A stretch of 64,000 bases of DNA, taken from the IMG/VR virus record IMGVR_UViG_3300025930_000007, positions 202,491 to 266,490 of that record. The stretch is one strand, 5' to 3'. Below are positions 36,691 through 44,943 of the stretch, one piece after another. The notes beneath the pieces were generated by a model, which was not told the DNA's origin, searched no databases, and saw only the letters and a program-made list of their open reading frames with translations. A program made the translations under genes and the position numbers. How positions within the stretch are numbered: the stretch's first letter is position 1; each line of letters begins with the position of its first letter.

Positions 36691-36837
36691 CTATTTCTTT
36701 CCCAGTGTCTTCCGGGCTACGCAGGACGCGACCTTCTTGCGCTGCTGGGGCGTCCAAGGCTTCCCGGGCTTGATGCCGACGTCGCGGGCGCAGGAGGATG
36801 TGAGGCGCAGCTTGAGGGGGAGGGTTCTCTTCGCCAT
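36691..36837 (-). CDS. small basic protein (48 aa, not in ORF track)
   Basis: AGGA RBS; MAKRTLPLKLRL...RKTLGKK. Confidence 0.6.
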   Translation of the reverse strand: MAKRTLPLKLRLTSSCARDVGIKPGKPWTPQQRKKVASCVARKTLGKK

Positions 36838-36843
36838 GTCTTC

Positions 36844-37452
36844 CTATCTCCTCGATCTTCCCATGGATGCCACAAAATACCTCGGGTACATCGGTTTCTT
36901 CTTATGGACAATGCCGCCGCTGCCGGCCATCATGACGCGGCCTCTTCCGGAGATGGAAGGAGCCGGAACCGGAGGCGGCGGGGGCGGTGGGGCGTCGAGC
37001 GTGCAGAGGTTTTCGACCTTCTTTTCGATCTCCAAGGCCTTCTTCCGAAGATCCTTGGCCTTGTTCACCACCTGGCTCACGTGAAGGGTAATGGGCTTCT
37101 TCGATTTCTCTTTCTCGTTCTTCTTGCCGGTCTTGAGCACCTCACGGATCATGCTGTTGATCCGCGCGGCGGCCTTGGCGTAGATCTGGATGTCCTTCCG
37201 GAGTCCCTGATCGTCTACGAGCACCGCCAGGTCATTCGCTGACTTGCTGCTCTGCCAGAACCCGGCGGAGATATGCTCGATGTCCCGTTTGGTGAAAAAC
37301 GGCGTTTTGGATGCTTCAGCCTGCTGGACGTAGAACTCGCTGAAGGACAATGCGTCGGAAATGCGGGTCGCGGCCTTCGACAGCCGGAAACAGGCCGTTG
37401 GACTCTTGAGCAGATCTGCTGTAGGTACACCGAGCTTCAGATTGAGCTTCAT
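36844..37452 (-). CDS. basic orphan protein with LG/MGR motifs
   Basis: MKLNLKLGVP...poly-Pro...ASMGRSRR. Confidence 0.7.
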   Translation of the reverse strand: MKLNLKLGVPTADLLKSPTACFRLSKAATRISDALSFSEFYVQQAEASKTPFFTKRDIEHISAGFWQSSKSANDLAVLVDDQGLRKDIQIYAKAAARINSMIREVLKTGKKNEKEKSKKPITLHVSQVVNKAKDLRKKALEIEKKVENLCTLDAPPPPPPPVPAPSISGRGRVMMAGSGGIVHKKKPMYPRYFVASMGRSRR

Positions 37453-38310
37453 CTACTGGCTCCGGAATCGAGGCTTCGGGTAGATCCTGGGGTTATGGGA
37501 TTCTCCTGCCGGCGCGACGGGCGCACCTGTCGCTACAGCCTGAGCGGTCGCGGCCGTCGCCGGCTGAGAAGGTCCGAGAGGCTTGACGAAACTTCTGAAT
37601 CCGGGAGATGGAAGATTGCCAGCGGATGGTGCCTGAATCGACGAACGCCAGGGCGCCGCGGCCGTCGCCGGCCGTAGGACTTCTGCCTTGACCTGCAATG
37701 GAGCTCCAGGCGCCGTTGGAATCTTCGAGAAGGACGTCGGAGTGAATGAGGGTCTCGGTGGCATCCCGGGTCGGAATCCAGGCTTCATGGGCGCGACGCC
37801 TGTCGGAGTCAGGATCCGAGGCTTCATGCCCGGCGGAAGCGGAAGAGGTTCCAGCTTGAAGGGAAGCCCCATCTTGCCGTCGGCGTCGGAAAGGAGCATC
37901 GGCAGGACAAAACTTCCGATGGCGATTCCCCAGAGAACGTATTCCATGACCCGCTGCTGTTGTTCCGTCGGGAAATAGGCGTTCACGTAGCCTTCGAGCC
38001 TATCCAGCGAAGTCTTCCAATTCAGGAAGGCTGTACGTTCCTCGGAACTGAAGTCGCGCCAGATGGGGCCCGGCTCGGTCACGAGTCTGGTTTCGATCGC
38101 CGAAACGATGGGATCCGTAGCCTGAAACGTCTTGTAGGCTGCTTCGAAATTCTCCTGATCCCCTTTGAAGGGACGATCTGACCATGCAGGAAGCGAATTG
38201 AGAACTTCCTGGACGCGCGCCTGCTTGGTACGTCCCGCAGAGATCTGCGCGAGAACATCGTCTCGCGTCTCGCGGTTCATGTAGGGTTCTTCGGCGCCTA
38301 GGCGACGCAT
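37453..38310 (-). CDS. orphan TM protein with Pro-rich tail
   Basis: MRRLGAEE; central TM; low-complexity C-terminus. Confidence 0.7.
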   Translation of the reverse strand: MRRLGAEEPYMNRETRDDVLAQISAGRTKQARVQEVLNSLPAWSDRPFKGDQENFEAAYKTFQATDPIVSAIETRLVTEPGPIWRDFSSEERTAFLNWKTSLDRLEGYVNAYFPTEQQQRVMEYVLWGIAIGSFVLPMLLSDADGKMGLPFKLEPLPLPPGMKPRILTPTGVAPMKPGFRPGMPPRPSFTPTSFSKIPTAPGAPLQVKAEVLRPATAAAPWRSSIQAPSAGNLPSPGFRSFVKPLGPSQPATAATAQAVATGAPVAPAGESHNPRIYPKPRFRSQ

Positions 38311-38347
38311 AGTTCAGTCCTAACTCTAACCTTAAAGCCGCGATCCT

Positions 38348-38746
38348 TCAAGTGTGAAAGAAGTACTTCACGCCGGCGATCGCTCCTGGAAGGCTCGGCG
38401 TCGGGAGTTTCGAGGGCAAAAACCACCCGTAACGGTCGTGTTCATCGTTGAGGACCGGCTCCCAGGCATCCCCAGAAGCGTCCATTTGCGCCAGGAAGAG
38501 CGCAAAGGCGAAGAAGGGGTTCGGAGCCCACCATACGGGCTCTGTGTCGATATAGAGCTTCGGCAGGCCTCCAAGCTCCTCGCGTCCCTCCCGAAGGGCC
38601 GCCTCGAGGTGTGTCTCGCCTGGTTCAACACTGCCTCCCGTAAAATCCCAGTATCCCGGGCTGCTTTCTGCCGCGGATCTCCGCGTCATAAGAACCTTAC
38701 CGTCCCTGGGACGGAGGATCAGGAGACCCGCGCCATTTTCGCTCAT
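38348..38746 (-). CDS. NUDIX hydrolase
   Basis: GGSVEPGETHLEAALREGREELG Nudix box. Confidence 0.9.
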   Translation of the reverse strand: MSENGAGLLILRPRDGKVLMTRRSAAESSPGYWDFTGGSVEPGETHLEAALREGREELGGLPKLYIDTEPVWWAPNPFFAFALFLAQMDASGDAWEPVLNDEHDRYGWFLPSKLPTPSLPGAIAGVKYFFHT

Positions 38747-38997
38747 GCGATCGCTTTTTCCATTTCGACCAGGCGCTCACGCAGGACCTGGATGTCGTTG
38801 ACAAGCTGCTCAGCCTTCTCGGCGTCGGCAAGTCCCTGTATTCCAGACATATAGCCGTAGAGGTATAGGTACCCACGGATATCTCCGTCGTTCAGAGATT
38901 GCGCCGCCTGCTGGAAAGCGCTGGTCGCCATTCCCAAAGCCTTCGCTTGTTCTTGCGGCGTGTCCAGTCCAAGGACATTTTTATACTTTCTGCTCAT
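38743..38997 (-). CDS. hypothetical helical protein
   Basis: GAGG RBS; ATGA overlap. Confidence 0.65.
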   Translation of the reverse strand: MSRKYKNVLGLDTPQEQAKALGMATSAFQQAAQSLNDGDIRGYLYLYGYMSGIQGLADAEKAEQLVNDIQVLRERLVEMEKAIA

Positions 38998-39196
38998 GAT
39001 CCTCTTCTCCGTATGGAAGGAGATCCGCTTCTTTATGCCGCAGGCCGTGCATCTCGCTGACGGCCTTTGGGACGGTCCTTAGATGCAGGATGCACAGATC
39101 CACAAAGAACTCCTGGCCGTCTCTTTCGTTCCTGATCTGGAACAAGGCCGGCATCAGGCATCCGTTGTAGGCGCAAGACGGCCATAGTCCGAACAT
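38981..39196 (-). CDS. small hypothetical protein
   Basis: CxxxGC...CxxH. Confidence 0.5.
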   Translation of the reverse strand: MFGLWPSCAYNGCLMPALFQIRNERDGQEFFVDLCILHLRTVPKAVSEMHGLRHKEADLLPYGEEDHEQKV

Positions 39197-39200
39197 CGCA

Positions 39201-40346
39201 TCAGGACGTCTGAGAGATCAGAGCATCCAGGTCCTCATCTCCGTTGATTGTGTTGTACCAGGTCAGCGCGGAATCCTGTTCCTCGAAGAGAACCTCGTGC
39301 TGCCAGGGCTGTCCTCCAAAGGGATCGATTCGTTCGATCTTGAGGACCCAGTTGTTCGTTCGGTCTTCCTCTGGAGAAAGGAGTTCCAGGTTGATATAGC
39401 CGACTTTCCTTTTCGAGCTTCCCAGCTCGATCAGCATTTCGGCTCCCATGGTGGCCTTCTTCTTTTTCGGACGATCCTTGAAGCTCCGTTCCTCCGGAGT
39501 ATGGTAATCGACGCCCAGGAAGTCGTAGAAATCCCGTTCGTCTGCGGATTGGAGAAGAGGCTCGCCAGTTTTAGCGTCCCAGATGCCGTATTGGTCTAGT
39601 TTCCATCCACGGCGCTTGGCGATCGAGCGCATGGCGATATTGTGCTGCCAATCGCCCGTGTACATAAAAAGCATCGCGCCGAGCTCGTCGACCTTGTGGG
39701 CGATATAGAGCTCGACGGGGACGCCGTCCATGATCTTCTTCTGAATTCTTTCCCCGCCCTCATAGCCCAGCTTCTTGAGGTGAAGCAATAGGCCTTCGAC
39801 ATCGCCGTCCTTGGGTAGGATCACCAGCTCGACATCGCCAATCTGAGGCCGCTGCCGGCGGATCGACCCTGCTACCAGAGCTACCTGAACGTACTTCTCG
39901 ATTTCTCTCAAGACCCGGGTGGCGAGCTTCTGAGCTTTCGTAAGAGGAATAGTGCTCTTCACGCGCCGGCCCATTTCGATCAGCATCTCAGCGCCCATGG
40001 CCGCTTTACCACTCTTCTGAGGCGTGATCGAGACGAAGGCGCCGCTGGGAGGATCACCGATCAGGATCGAAACACCGTCATCCGAATACTTCTCCCAAAG
40101 CTCGATATGGGCATTCCACCGAGCCGTGGCATCGCCTTCAGTCTGGCATCCGATGGTATGACTCGCTACCCAATAACCGACGGCGACACCGCTGTCGCCG
40201 CAGGCATTGACGTCCCTTTCGGCTTCCCGAAGAAGCTTCCAAGCCGCCGCCTGGGTCATGATCGGAAGCTCTTCGAAGTTCATTGATTGTAGACGACTCT
40301 TCCCTGAGGCAAGCTGAAGGAGGTTCTCTTCTTCTTCCGCTTGCAC
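39201..40346 (-). CDS. polX: minimal DNA polymerase X domain embedded in multidomain protein
   Basis: AGSIRR...GDVELV, TGD.QHN..MR..A...G.KL.QYG, E...Y..LG..Y..PEER. Confidence 0.85.
   Translation of the reverse strand: MQAEEEENLLQLASGKSRLQSMNFEELPIMTQAAAWKLLREAERDVNACGDSGVAVGYWVASHTIGCQTEGDATARWNAHIELWEKYSDDGVSILIGDPPSGAFVSITPQKSGKAAMGAEMLIEMGRRVKSTIPLTKAQKLATRVLREIEKYVQVALVAGSIRRQRPQIGDVELVILPKDGDVEGLLLHLKKLGYEGGERIQKKIMDGVPVELYIAHKVDELGAMLFMYTGDWQHNIAMRSIAKRRGWKLDQYGIWDAKTGEPLLQSADERDFYDFLGVDYHTPEERSFKDRPKKKKATMGAEMLIELGSSKRKVGYINLELLSPEEDRTNNWVLKIERIDPFGGQPWQHEVLFEEQDSALTWYNTINGDEDLDALISQTS
39421..40000 (-). repeat. 31-nt direct repeat (39421-39451 and 39970-40000) encoding MGAEMLIE(M/L)G, flanking PolX
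   Basis: 26/31 identical; differences mostly synonymous. Confidence 0.85.
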
Positions 40347-41242
40347 TTCTTGCAGCCGATGACGTGATTGGGATTCATTTCGTCATGGAGTTCGATAGGA
40401 CCCAAGGGCACTGCTTCGGATCCAAGGAATCCACCGCCAGGATAAACCATCTTGATCGAGATTGGGCTCGAGACGATGGCCGGTGTGCTGTCATCACGGT
40501 TCCGGTACACGTTGACCGCAACACTGACGGTCTGAGGGAACCAGAAGTTGATGGGATTCGAGAGCAGCGTTTCATTCCGTACATCACCAGCCGGAACCGT
40601 CATAAGCTTCATGCCGACTTCACTGGGTTCCGGCTTCGACTTGAAGACGACCTGCCCTTCGTCATCCCGGATTTCCAGTCCGACGAAGAACGAGAGAGGA
40701 TCCTTCCCCTGATTCCGAATGGAGAAGGCAAACGGCTGGTCGATCAGCATGTTGCGAACTGTGCCGCCCGTCCGATCCTGCCGCGGATCGAGCATGATGC
40801 TGAGCCTGCTGGCCAGCCAGCCCGGAGGCTCATTGGGAACAGGGTTATTCGACGACGGCGGCAGGATGCTGCTTCCGGTCGGAGATGGAGGTTCCGGCGC
40901 AGCCGGCTCCTGGAAGAGGAAGTAAAGACCGGCGGCGATCCCGGCGACGGCGCCCGCATAAGCAGCAGGCTTCCAGTCCTGAGAAAACGTCTCGGACAGA
41001 TAGTAGGACGTGAGGCCGCCTCCGATCAAGGCCGAAGCCAGCCCGAGGTTCTTCTTGTTGATCGGGACGTCCGGAACAGCCTTCGCCACGATCAGCGACG
41101 CCAGATAAGCGCCGCCGGCCCAGGCGATGAACGGCAAGCCGAACCGGATCAGGATAGGAACCGCTGCTTGAACCTGACCAAGGTGCAGTCTTGGCCCATT
41201 CCCGAGCATCGGAACCTTTTTGGCTGGCTTCCACTTGGTCAT
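40280..41242 (-). CDS. multi-TM orphan protein with LGQ motif and beta-rich C-terminal domain
   Basis: AGGAG RBS; RLHLGQVQ; 3 TMs; beta-sandwich-like tail. Confidence 0.7.
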   Translation of the reverse strand: MTKWKPAKKVPMLGNGPRLHLGQVQAAVPILIRFGLPFIAWAGGAYLASLIVAKAVPDVPINKKNLGLASALIGGGLTSYYLSETFSQDWKPAAYAGAVAGIAAGLYFLFQEPAAPEPPSPTGSSILPPSSNNPVPNEPPGWLASRLSIMLDPRQDRTGGTVRNMLIDQPFAFSIRNQGKDPLSFFVGLEIRDDEGQVVFKSKPEPSEVGMKLMTVPAGDVRNETLLSNPINFWFPQTVSVAVNVYRNRDDSTPAIVSSPISIKMVYPGGGFLGSEAVPLGPIELHDEMNPNHVIGCKKCKRKKKRTSFSLPQGRVVYNQ

Positions 41243-41249
41243 ATAGCTC

Positions 41250-41450
41250 CTATTGCCATTTCTCTTGTTCTTTTTCGTAGGCTTCCCAGAACGGAACCGT
41301 GTATTGCCCGCTATCGGGGCTGAGCGGCAGGCCCTGGCAGCGCGGACAGCCCATGACGTGCCGCACGTCGCGCTGATCGTGAACTGTGACCGTCCCGAGG
41401 CGGATCTGTGGACGATCAAGAGGATTCCAGACCACTCGTACTTGTCTCAT
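41250..41450 (-). CDS. small Cys-containing protein
   Basis: ATGA overlap; QIRLGT, CPRC. Confidence 0.55.
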   Translation of the reverse strand: MRQVRVVWNPLDRPQIRLGTVTVHDQRDVRHVMGCPRCQGLPLSPDSGQYTVPFWEAYEKEQEKWQ

Positions 41451-41713
41451 CGGCACGACCTCTTTGCGTTCTTCTTGAGTTTCCCCCAAACTACGGTCAC
41501 ATGATTCCCGCGCTTCTGACTCCGGAAGGTGCGGAAACAGGTCTTCGGCCGCTGCACCACCCGGAAGGATCCCGGCGTTTCGATCGTGATCCTGGCTTCC
41601 TTCCGAGAGTGCCGTTCCGCGATCATGCCGGCTTCTTCCTTCGAATGGACGAAGGGATGGGTCTTCTTCACGACGACCGCCTGTTCGACCCAGACCTTCT
41701 TCGGCTTGGCCAT
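41447..41713 (-). CDS. small basic protein
   Basis: ET..SFR..QRP..CF..FR motif. Confidence 0.65.
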   Translation of the reverse strand: MAKPKKVWVEQAVVVKKTHPFVHSKEEAGMIAERHSRKEARITIETPGSFRVVQRPKTCFRTFRSQKRGNHVTVVWGKLKKNAKRSCR

Positions 41714-41715
41714 CA

Positions 41716-42204
41716 TTATCTCCGAAGGATCAGGCAGAGCCGGCCCCAGAAACGAGCCAGTTGATTCCTGTCTTGGATCACCATGGCGTAGTTCTTCTTG
41801 AAGTCTGCCATGTCCCCCGAAGCGAGCGCCAGGATGTAACCGCCGGTCGCGGTCACATGGGTGAGGAAGAGTTTCTCGAACTCCTGCTTCGGGAAACCCG
41901 GGATCTCGCTCTCGTAAAGCCTGGTCTGATCGTTCGCATTCAGGATCAGGGCTTCGACCGCGGCATCGACCGTACCTTGGTCCTTGGCGAACGCGGCGTC
42001 CGTGAGCTGCTTCACCAGGGCGATGTGCTGGTTCATGAGCCGGGTGGCGTCAGGGATCTTGAGGAGATCTCCCCATTCCTCGGCGCCTTCGACGAGCTTA
42101 TTGACGGCATTCGCCTGCATCCGGGCATCTTTCTGGTTCGTCGCCGCGACGTACATGTACGTCTCGCCGACGTGATCGAACCACCAGGTTGCGCAGTCAG
42201 CCAT
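41716..42204 (-). CDS. His-containing four-helix-bundle protein
   Basis: W.DH, LM.QHI, LF.THV repeated helices. Confidence 0.65.
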   Translation of the reverse strand: MADCATWWFDHVGETYMYVAATNQKDARMQANAVNKLVEGAEEWGDLLKIPDATRLMNQHIALVKQLTDAAFAKDQGTVDAAVEALILNANDQTRLYESEIPGFPKQEFEKLFLTHVTATGGYILALASGDMADFKKNYAMVIQDRNQLARFWGRLCLILRR

Positions 42205-42398
42205 TACCGGCCCTTTCTGGCTTTCTTGACCATCTGAATCATTCGTTCCTGACGAAGGGCGCTCCTCTTACTCCTATGGCGCCCAAGGAGAAGACGAGGC
42301 TTCTTCTTGGAATAGAGGCAGATGGGAAAGCCGGGCTTCTTGTCGCCAGAATAGCAGGGCTTGATGATGCCCAACTGAAGACGGATTCCCCCAGGCAT
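42204..42398 (-). CDS. small basic protein
   Basis: AAGGAG RBS; LYSKK...LG.H.S...A..QER. Confidence 0.65.
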   Translation of the reverse strand: MPGGIRLQLGIIKPCYSGDKKPGFPICLYSKKKPRLLLGRHRSKRSALRQERMIQMVKKARKGR

Positions 42399-42418
42399 GA
42401 AACGGCTCCTTGAAAGCT

Positions 42419-42453
42419 GAAGGCACGGGGGGAGTACCCTCGCCGATATTATG
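42419..42453 (-). promoter_or_regulatory. -10 box + C-rich-loop leader hairpin
   Basis: CATAAT then GAGGGTAC-TCCCCCC-GTGCCTTC (2 G-U pairs). Confidence 0.65.
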
Positions 42454-42473
42454 CCTTGTGGAGGGCGGAAAGT

Positions 42474-42692
42474 CTACTTGAACAGCGCGAAGCTGAGACC
42501 GGCGATCGCCGCTACCGTGGCCGTCGCTAGAAGGGTCCGGGTGAGGTCGTTCTTCCCCTCGTTGACCCACCTGGGCTGTGGGCCTACCGGCACTTCGGCA
42601 ACTGGAGCCGGAGCTGGAGCTGGAGTCGGCGCCGGACTTGATTGTCCAAGGCGCGGCGCGCGGACGTTGGAGACCAGATATCGAACGCGCAT
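42474..42692 (-). CDS. small orphan protein with LGQ motif and C-terminal TM
   Basis: PRLGQSSPAP...AIAGLSFALFK; TTGATC-16-TATGAT just upstream. Confidence 0.7.
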   Translation of the reverse strand: MRVRYLVSNVRAPRLGQSSPAPTPAPAPAPVAEVPVGPQPRWVNEGKNDLTRTLLATATVAAIAGLSFALFK

Positions 42693-42722
42693 GCCTTCAT
42701 CATACTCGAATCATCCGGAAGA

Positions 42723-43727
42723 TCAAGCCTGACCGACGATAGACCTCCAGTCCTGAACCAGATGGGAAAGGATCACGTCGTCTCGAAAACAGGACGCCCG
42801 CTGCATGGCCGTCTCCGAGATCAGGTTCCAGTTGCTGTCATTCCAGCTTGCTGTTTCCTGAATCAACTTGGCGGCCTCTTCGGGATTCTTGTAGAAGGCT
42901 CCAGCTTCGCTGATGTAGGACCTGGCTGCCGGCACATCGAGAGCCAGGACATAGGATCCCGTCGCCATCGCCTCCACGATAGAGATCGGCATTCCAAAGG
43001 CATGGCCTTTGGGGTCATGGGTATCGAGATAGATGCCCGCGCGCCGATTGATATCGGACGCGACCTGAGGATGAAGATCGATCAAGATCTGCACACGATC
43101 CTTGACGTACCCGTTCAGCCTGTTGAGCTGATCTAGGAACTCATCGCCACCACCAGCCCTTGAGATCCCCAGGATGAAGCGGAATTCGGGACAGCGATTG
43201 GCGACCGCGAGCACATCCTCAAGACCTTTCGTAGGAAGGCCTGCAGCGAGACGCACCACCAGCTTACGGTCCTTGCAGACTGCCGGCGGGTGAAGCTGAG
43301 GATCGTATGCCACGGGAAGCGGGAAGGCCTTGGCATGCCCACCCATCGCTGCCACGAAATGAGGGAAAAGATACAGTCTCTTGACCGAAGCCTGTTCCCC
43401 AAGTTCCCGGGCAAGGCTCGGATTCCAGTCGAAGGAATGACCGCGGATCGTAACCGGAATGCCCGGCGGGATCTCATGCAGATGACGTTTGGCGACCACC
43501 AGATAGTGGATATGAACAAGGTCAGGACCGACCGCAGCAATCGTTTCAGCCAGGCTTCCGCGATGGACCATGCATTGTGGAGCAAGATCCGGATGATAGT
43601 TCGTCTGCGACCAGACATGAACCTCGACTCCGCATCGTTGGGCGAAGGCGATCTCCGTCGCGATGTAGGTCTCAGAGATCTGAGGGTAATTCCAGAGTAG
43701 ATACAGAACTCTCATCGGGTTTCCCAT
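42723..43727 (-). CDS. GT-B (GT4-like) glycosyltransferase
   Basis: YPQISETYI..EI, T.RG.., KGL, G.PISIVEAMATG. Confidence 0.85.
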   Translation of the reverse strand: MGNPMRVLYLLWNYPQISETYIATEIAFAQRCGVEVHVWSQTNYHPDLAPQCMVHRGSLAETIAAVGPDLVHIHYLVVAKRHLHEIPPGIPVTIRGHSFDWNPSLARELGEQASVKRLYLFPHFVAAMGGHAKAFPLPVAYDPQLHPPAVCKDRKLVVRLAAGLPTKGLEDVLAVANRCPEFRFILGISRAGGGDEFLDQLNRLNGYVKDRVQILIDLHPQVASDINRRAGIYLDTHDPKGHAFGMPISIVEAMATGSYVLALDVPAARSYISEAGAFYKNPEEAAKLIQETASWNDSNWNLISETAMQRASCFRDDVILSHLVQDWRSIVGQA

Positions 43728-44313
43728 TCGCTTTAAAGAGGATCGAAATTATCTCGTCACGCCAGATGAACGGGTTGTAGTCCGGAAAGTAGAAGTCGGC
43801 AGTGCTTCTGATAAAATCGTAATCCCCCTCGTATCGGTCCGAAAAACGGCCAAGCTTGCTCTTGATATTGGGCACCGCGACCATCTGACTGCTCACGTTC
43901 CCAATGCGAAGCTGATGGTCTTGCCAGAGAATGCCTTTGCCATGAATCATCCGGAACATGAAGGGATATCCCGGTTTCTCTCGGATCGCGGACTTGATGG
44001 ACTTGAATGCTCCCGGAAGGTATTGGTCATCGTCGTCCATGAAGGTGATGTAGGCCTTCTTAGCCAGGTCGATGCCGAAGTTTCGAGCCCTGGCGCCCCA
44101 ATCGTGGTGAGGGCCACCGGGAATTTCGAAGTAGCCATATTGAATTCCGTACTGCTGGACGAGTTTTTTTGTTTCTGGATAGGCTCCGTCACCGACGACG
44201 AACACCTGGTCGAACATTTCAAGCTGAGGGACGATCGAATCGAGAGTATCCTTGACCGATGAGCGACCGATCGTAGGAATGATGATCGTCAGGGCGTCAT
44301 CGATCTCTGTCAT
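43672..44313 (-). CDS. GT2 family glycosyltransferase
   Basis: IIIPTIGR, RN.GI..A...YITFMDDDD. Confidence 0.88.
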   Translation of the reverse strand: MTEIDDALTIIIPTIGRSSVKDTLDSIVPQLEMFDQVFVVGDGAYPETKKLVQQYGIQYGYFEIPGGPHHDWGARARNFGIDLAKKAYITFMDDDDQYLPGAFKSIKSAIREKPGYPFMFRMIHGKGILWQDHQLRIGNVSSQMVAVPNIKSKLGRFSDRYEGDYDFIRSTADFYFPDYNPFIWRDEIISILFKANGKPDESSVSTLELPSDL

Positions 44314-44924
44314 GCCTGGATTCCATGCTTCAACCGGATCGCCTCGAGAGACTCTTCGAAAGGCACCGAGGCGGAGATCCCGATATCGAAATGATGGAGC
44401 TCAAAGAGAGTCTTCGGAATGTAAACCCCCCGATGGCCCATGCTCGCGAGCGTCAACCACAGGTCCCAATCCTGGAACCTCTTGATGGTCGAATCGAAGC
44501 CCACGAAGGCTTCCCTTCTCATGAGGCTCATCGTTTCCACGTAATTCCCACGCTTGAGTGATTCTATATTCCAAGGCATGGCCTTGCGAATGCCGTTTCC
44601 ATTGGGGTAGGGAATGCCCTGATACATGACGTGGCGCGCATCGGAATATGCGAACGTGGAATCCGGATTCGCTTCAAGGGCTCTCAGCATTTCGATCAAC
44701 GCAAATTCATATAGGTAGGAATCATCGTCCACGAACATCAAATAGGGTTGCGTGGCCTTCGTCGCGCCGACATTCCTCTTCTCGCAAGCGCCTCCATCCC
44801 AATCTTCGATGATGATCTCTAGTGGATTGTTGTCGATAACCTGGGGGAGGCAATTCTGAAGGAACCAGCTTTCCCTGTCCTTCCGATGAGGGATCACTAC
44901 GCTGATTGGCAGCGGAGCAAACAC
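44310..44924 (-). CDS. GT2 family glycosyltransferase
   Basis: SVVIP, RN.GA, MFVDDD, QDWDLWL. Confidence 0.88.
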   Translation of the reverse strand: MFAPLPISVVIPHRKDRESWFLQNCLPQVIDNNPLEIIIEDWDGGACEKRNVGATKATQPYLMFVDDDSYLYEFALIEMLRALEANPDSTFAYSDARHVMYQGIPYPNGNGIRKAMPWNIESLKRGNYVETMSLMRREAFVGFDSTIKRFQDWDLWLTLASMGHRGVYIPKTLFELHHFDIGISASVPFEESLEAIRLKHGIQA

Positions 44925-44943
44925 ACCCTCTCTCCCCAGCAGA

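Noticed and set aside
38348-38746. NUDIX as the NrtR regulator
   Set aside because: Only 132 aa, with no C-terminal winged-helix domain
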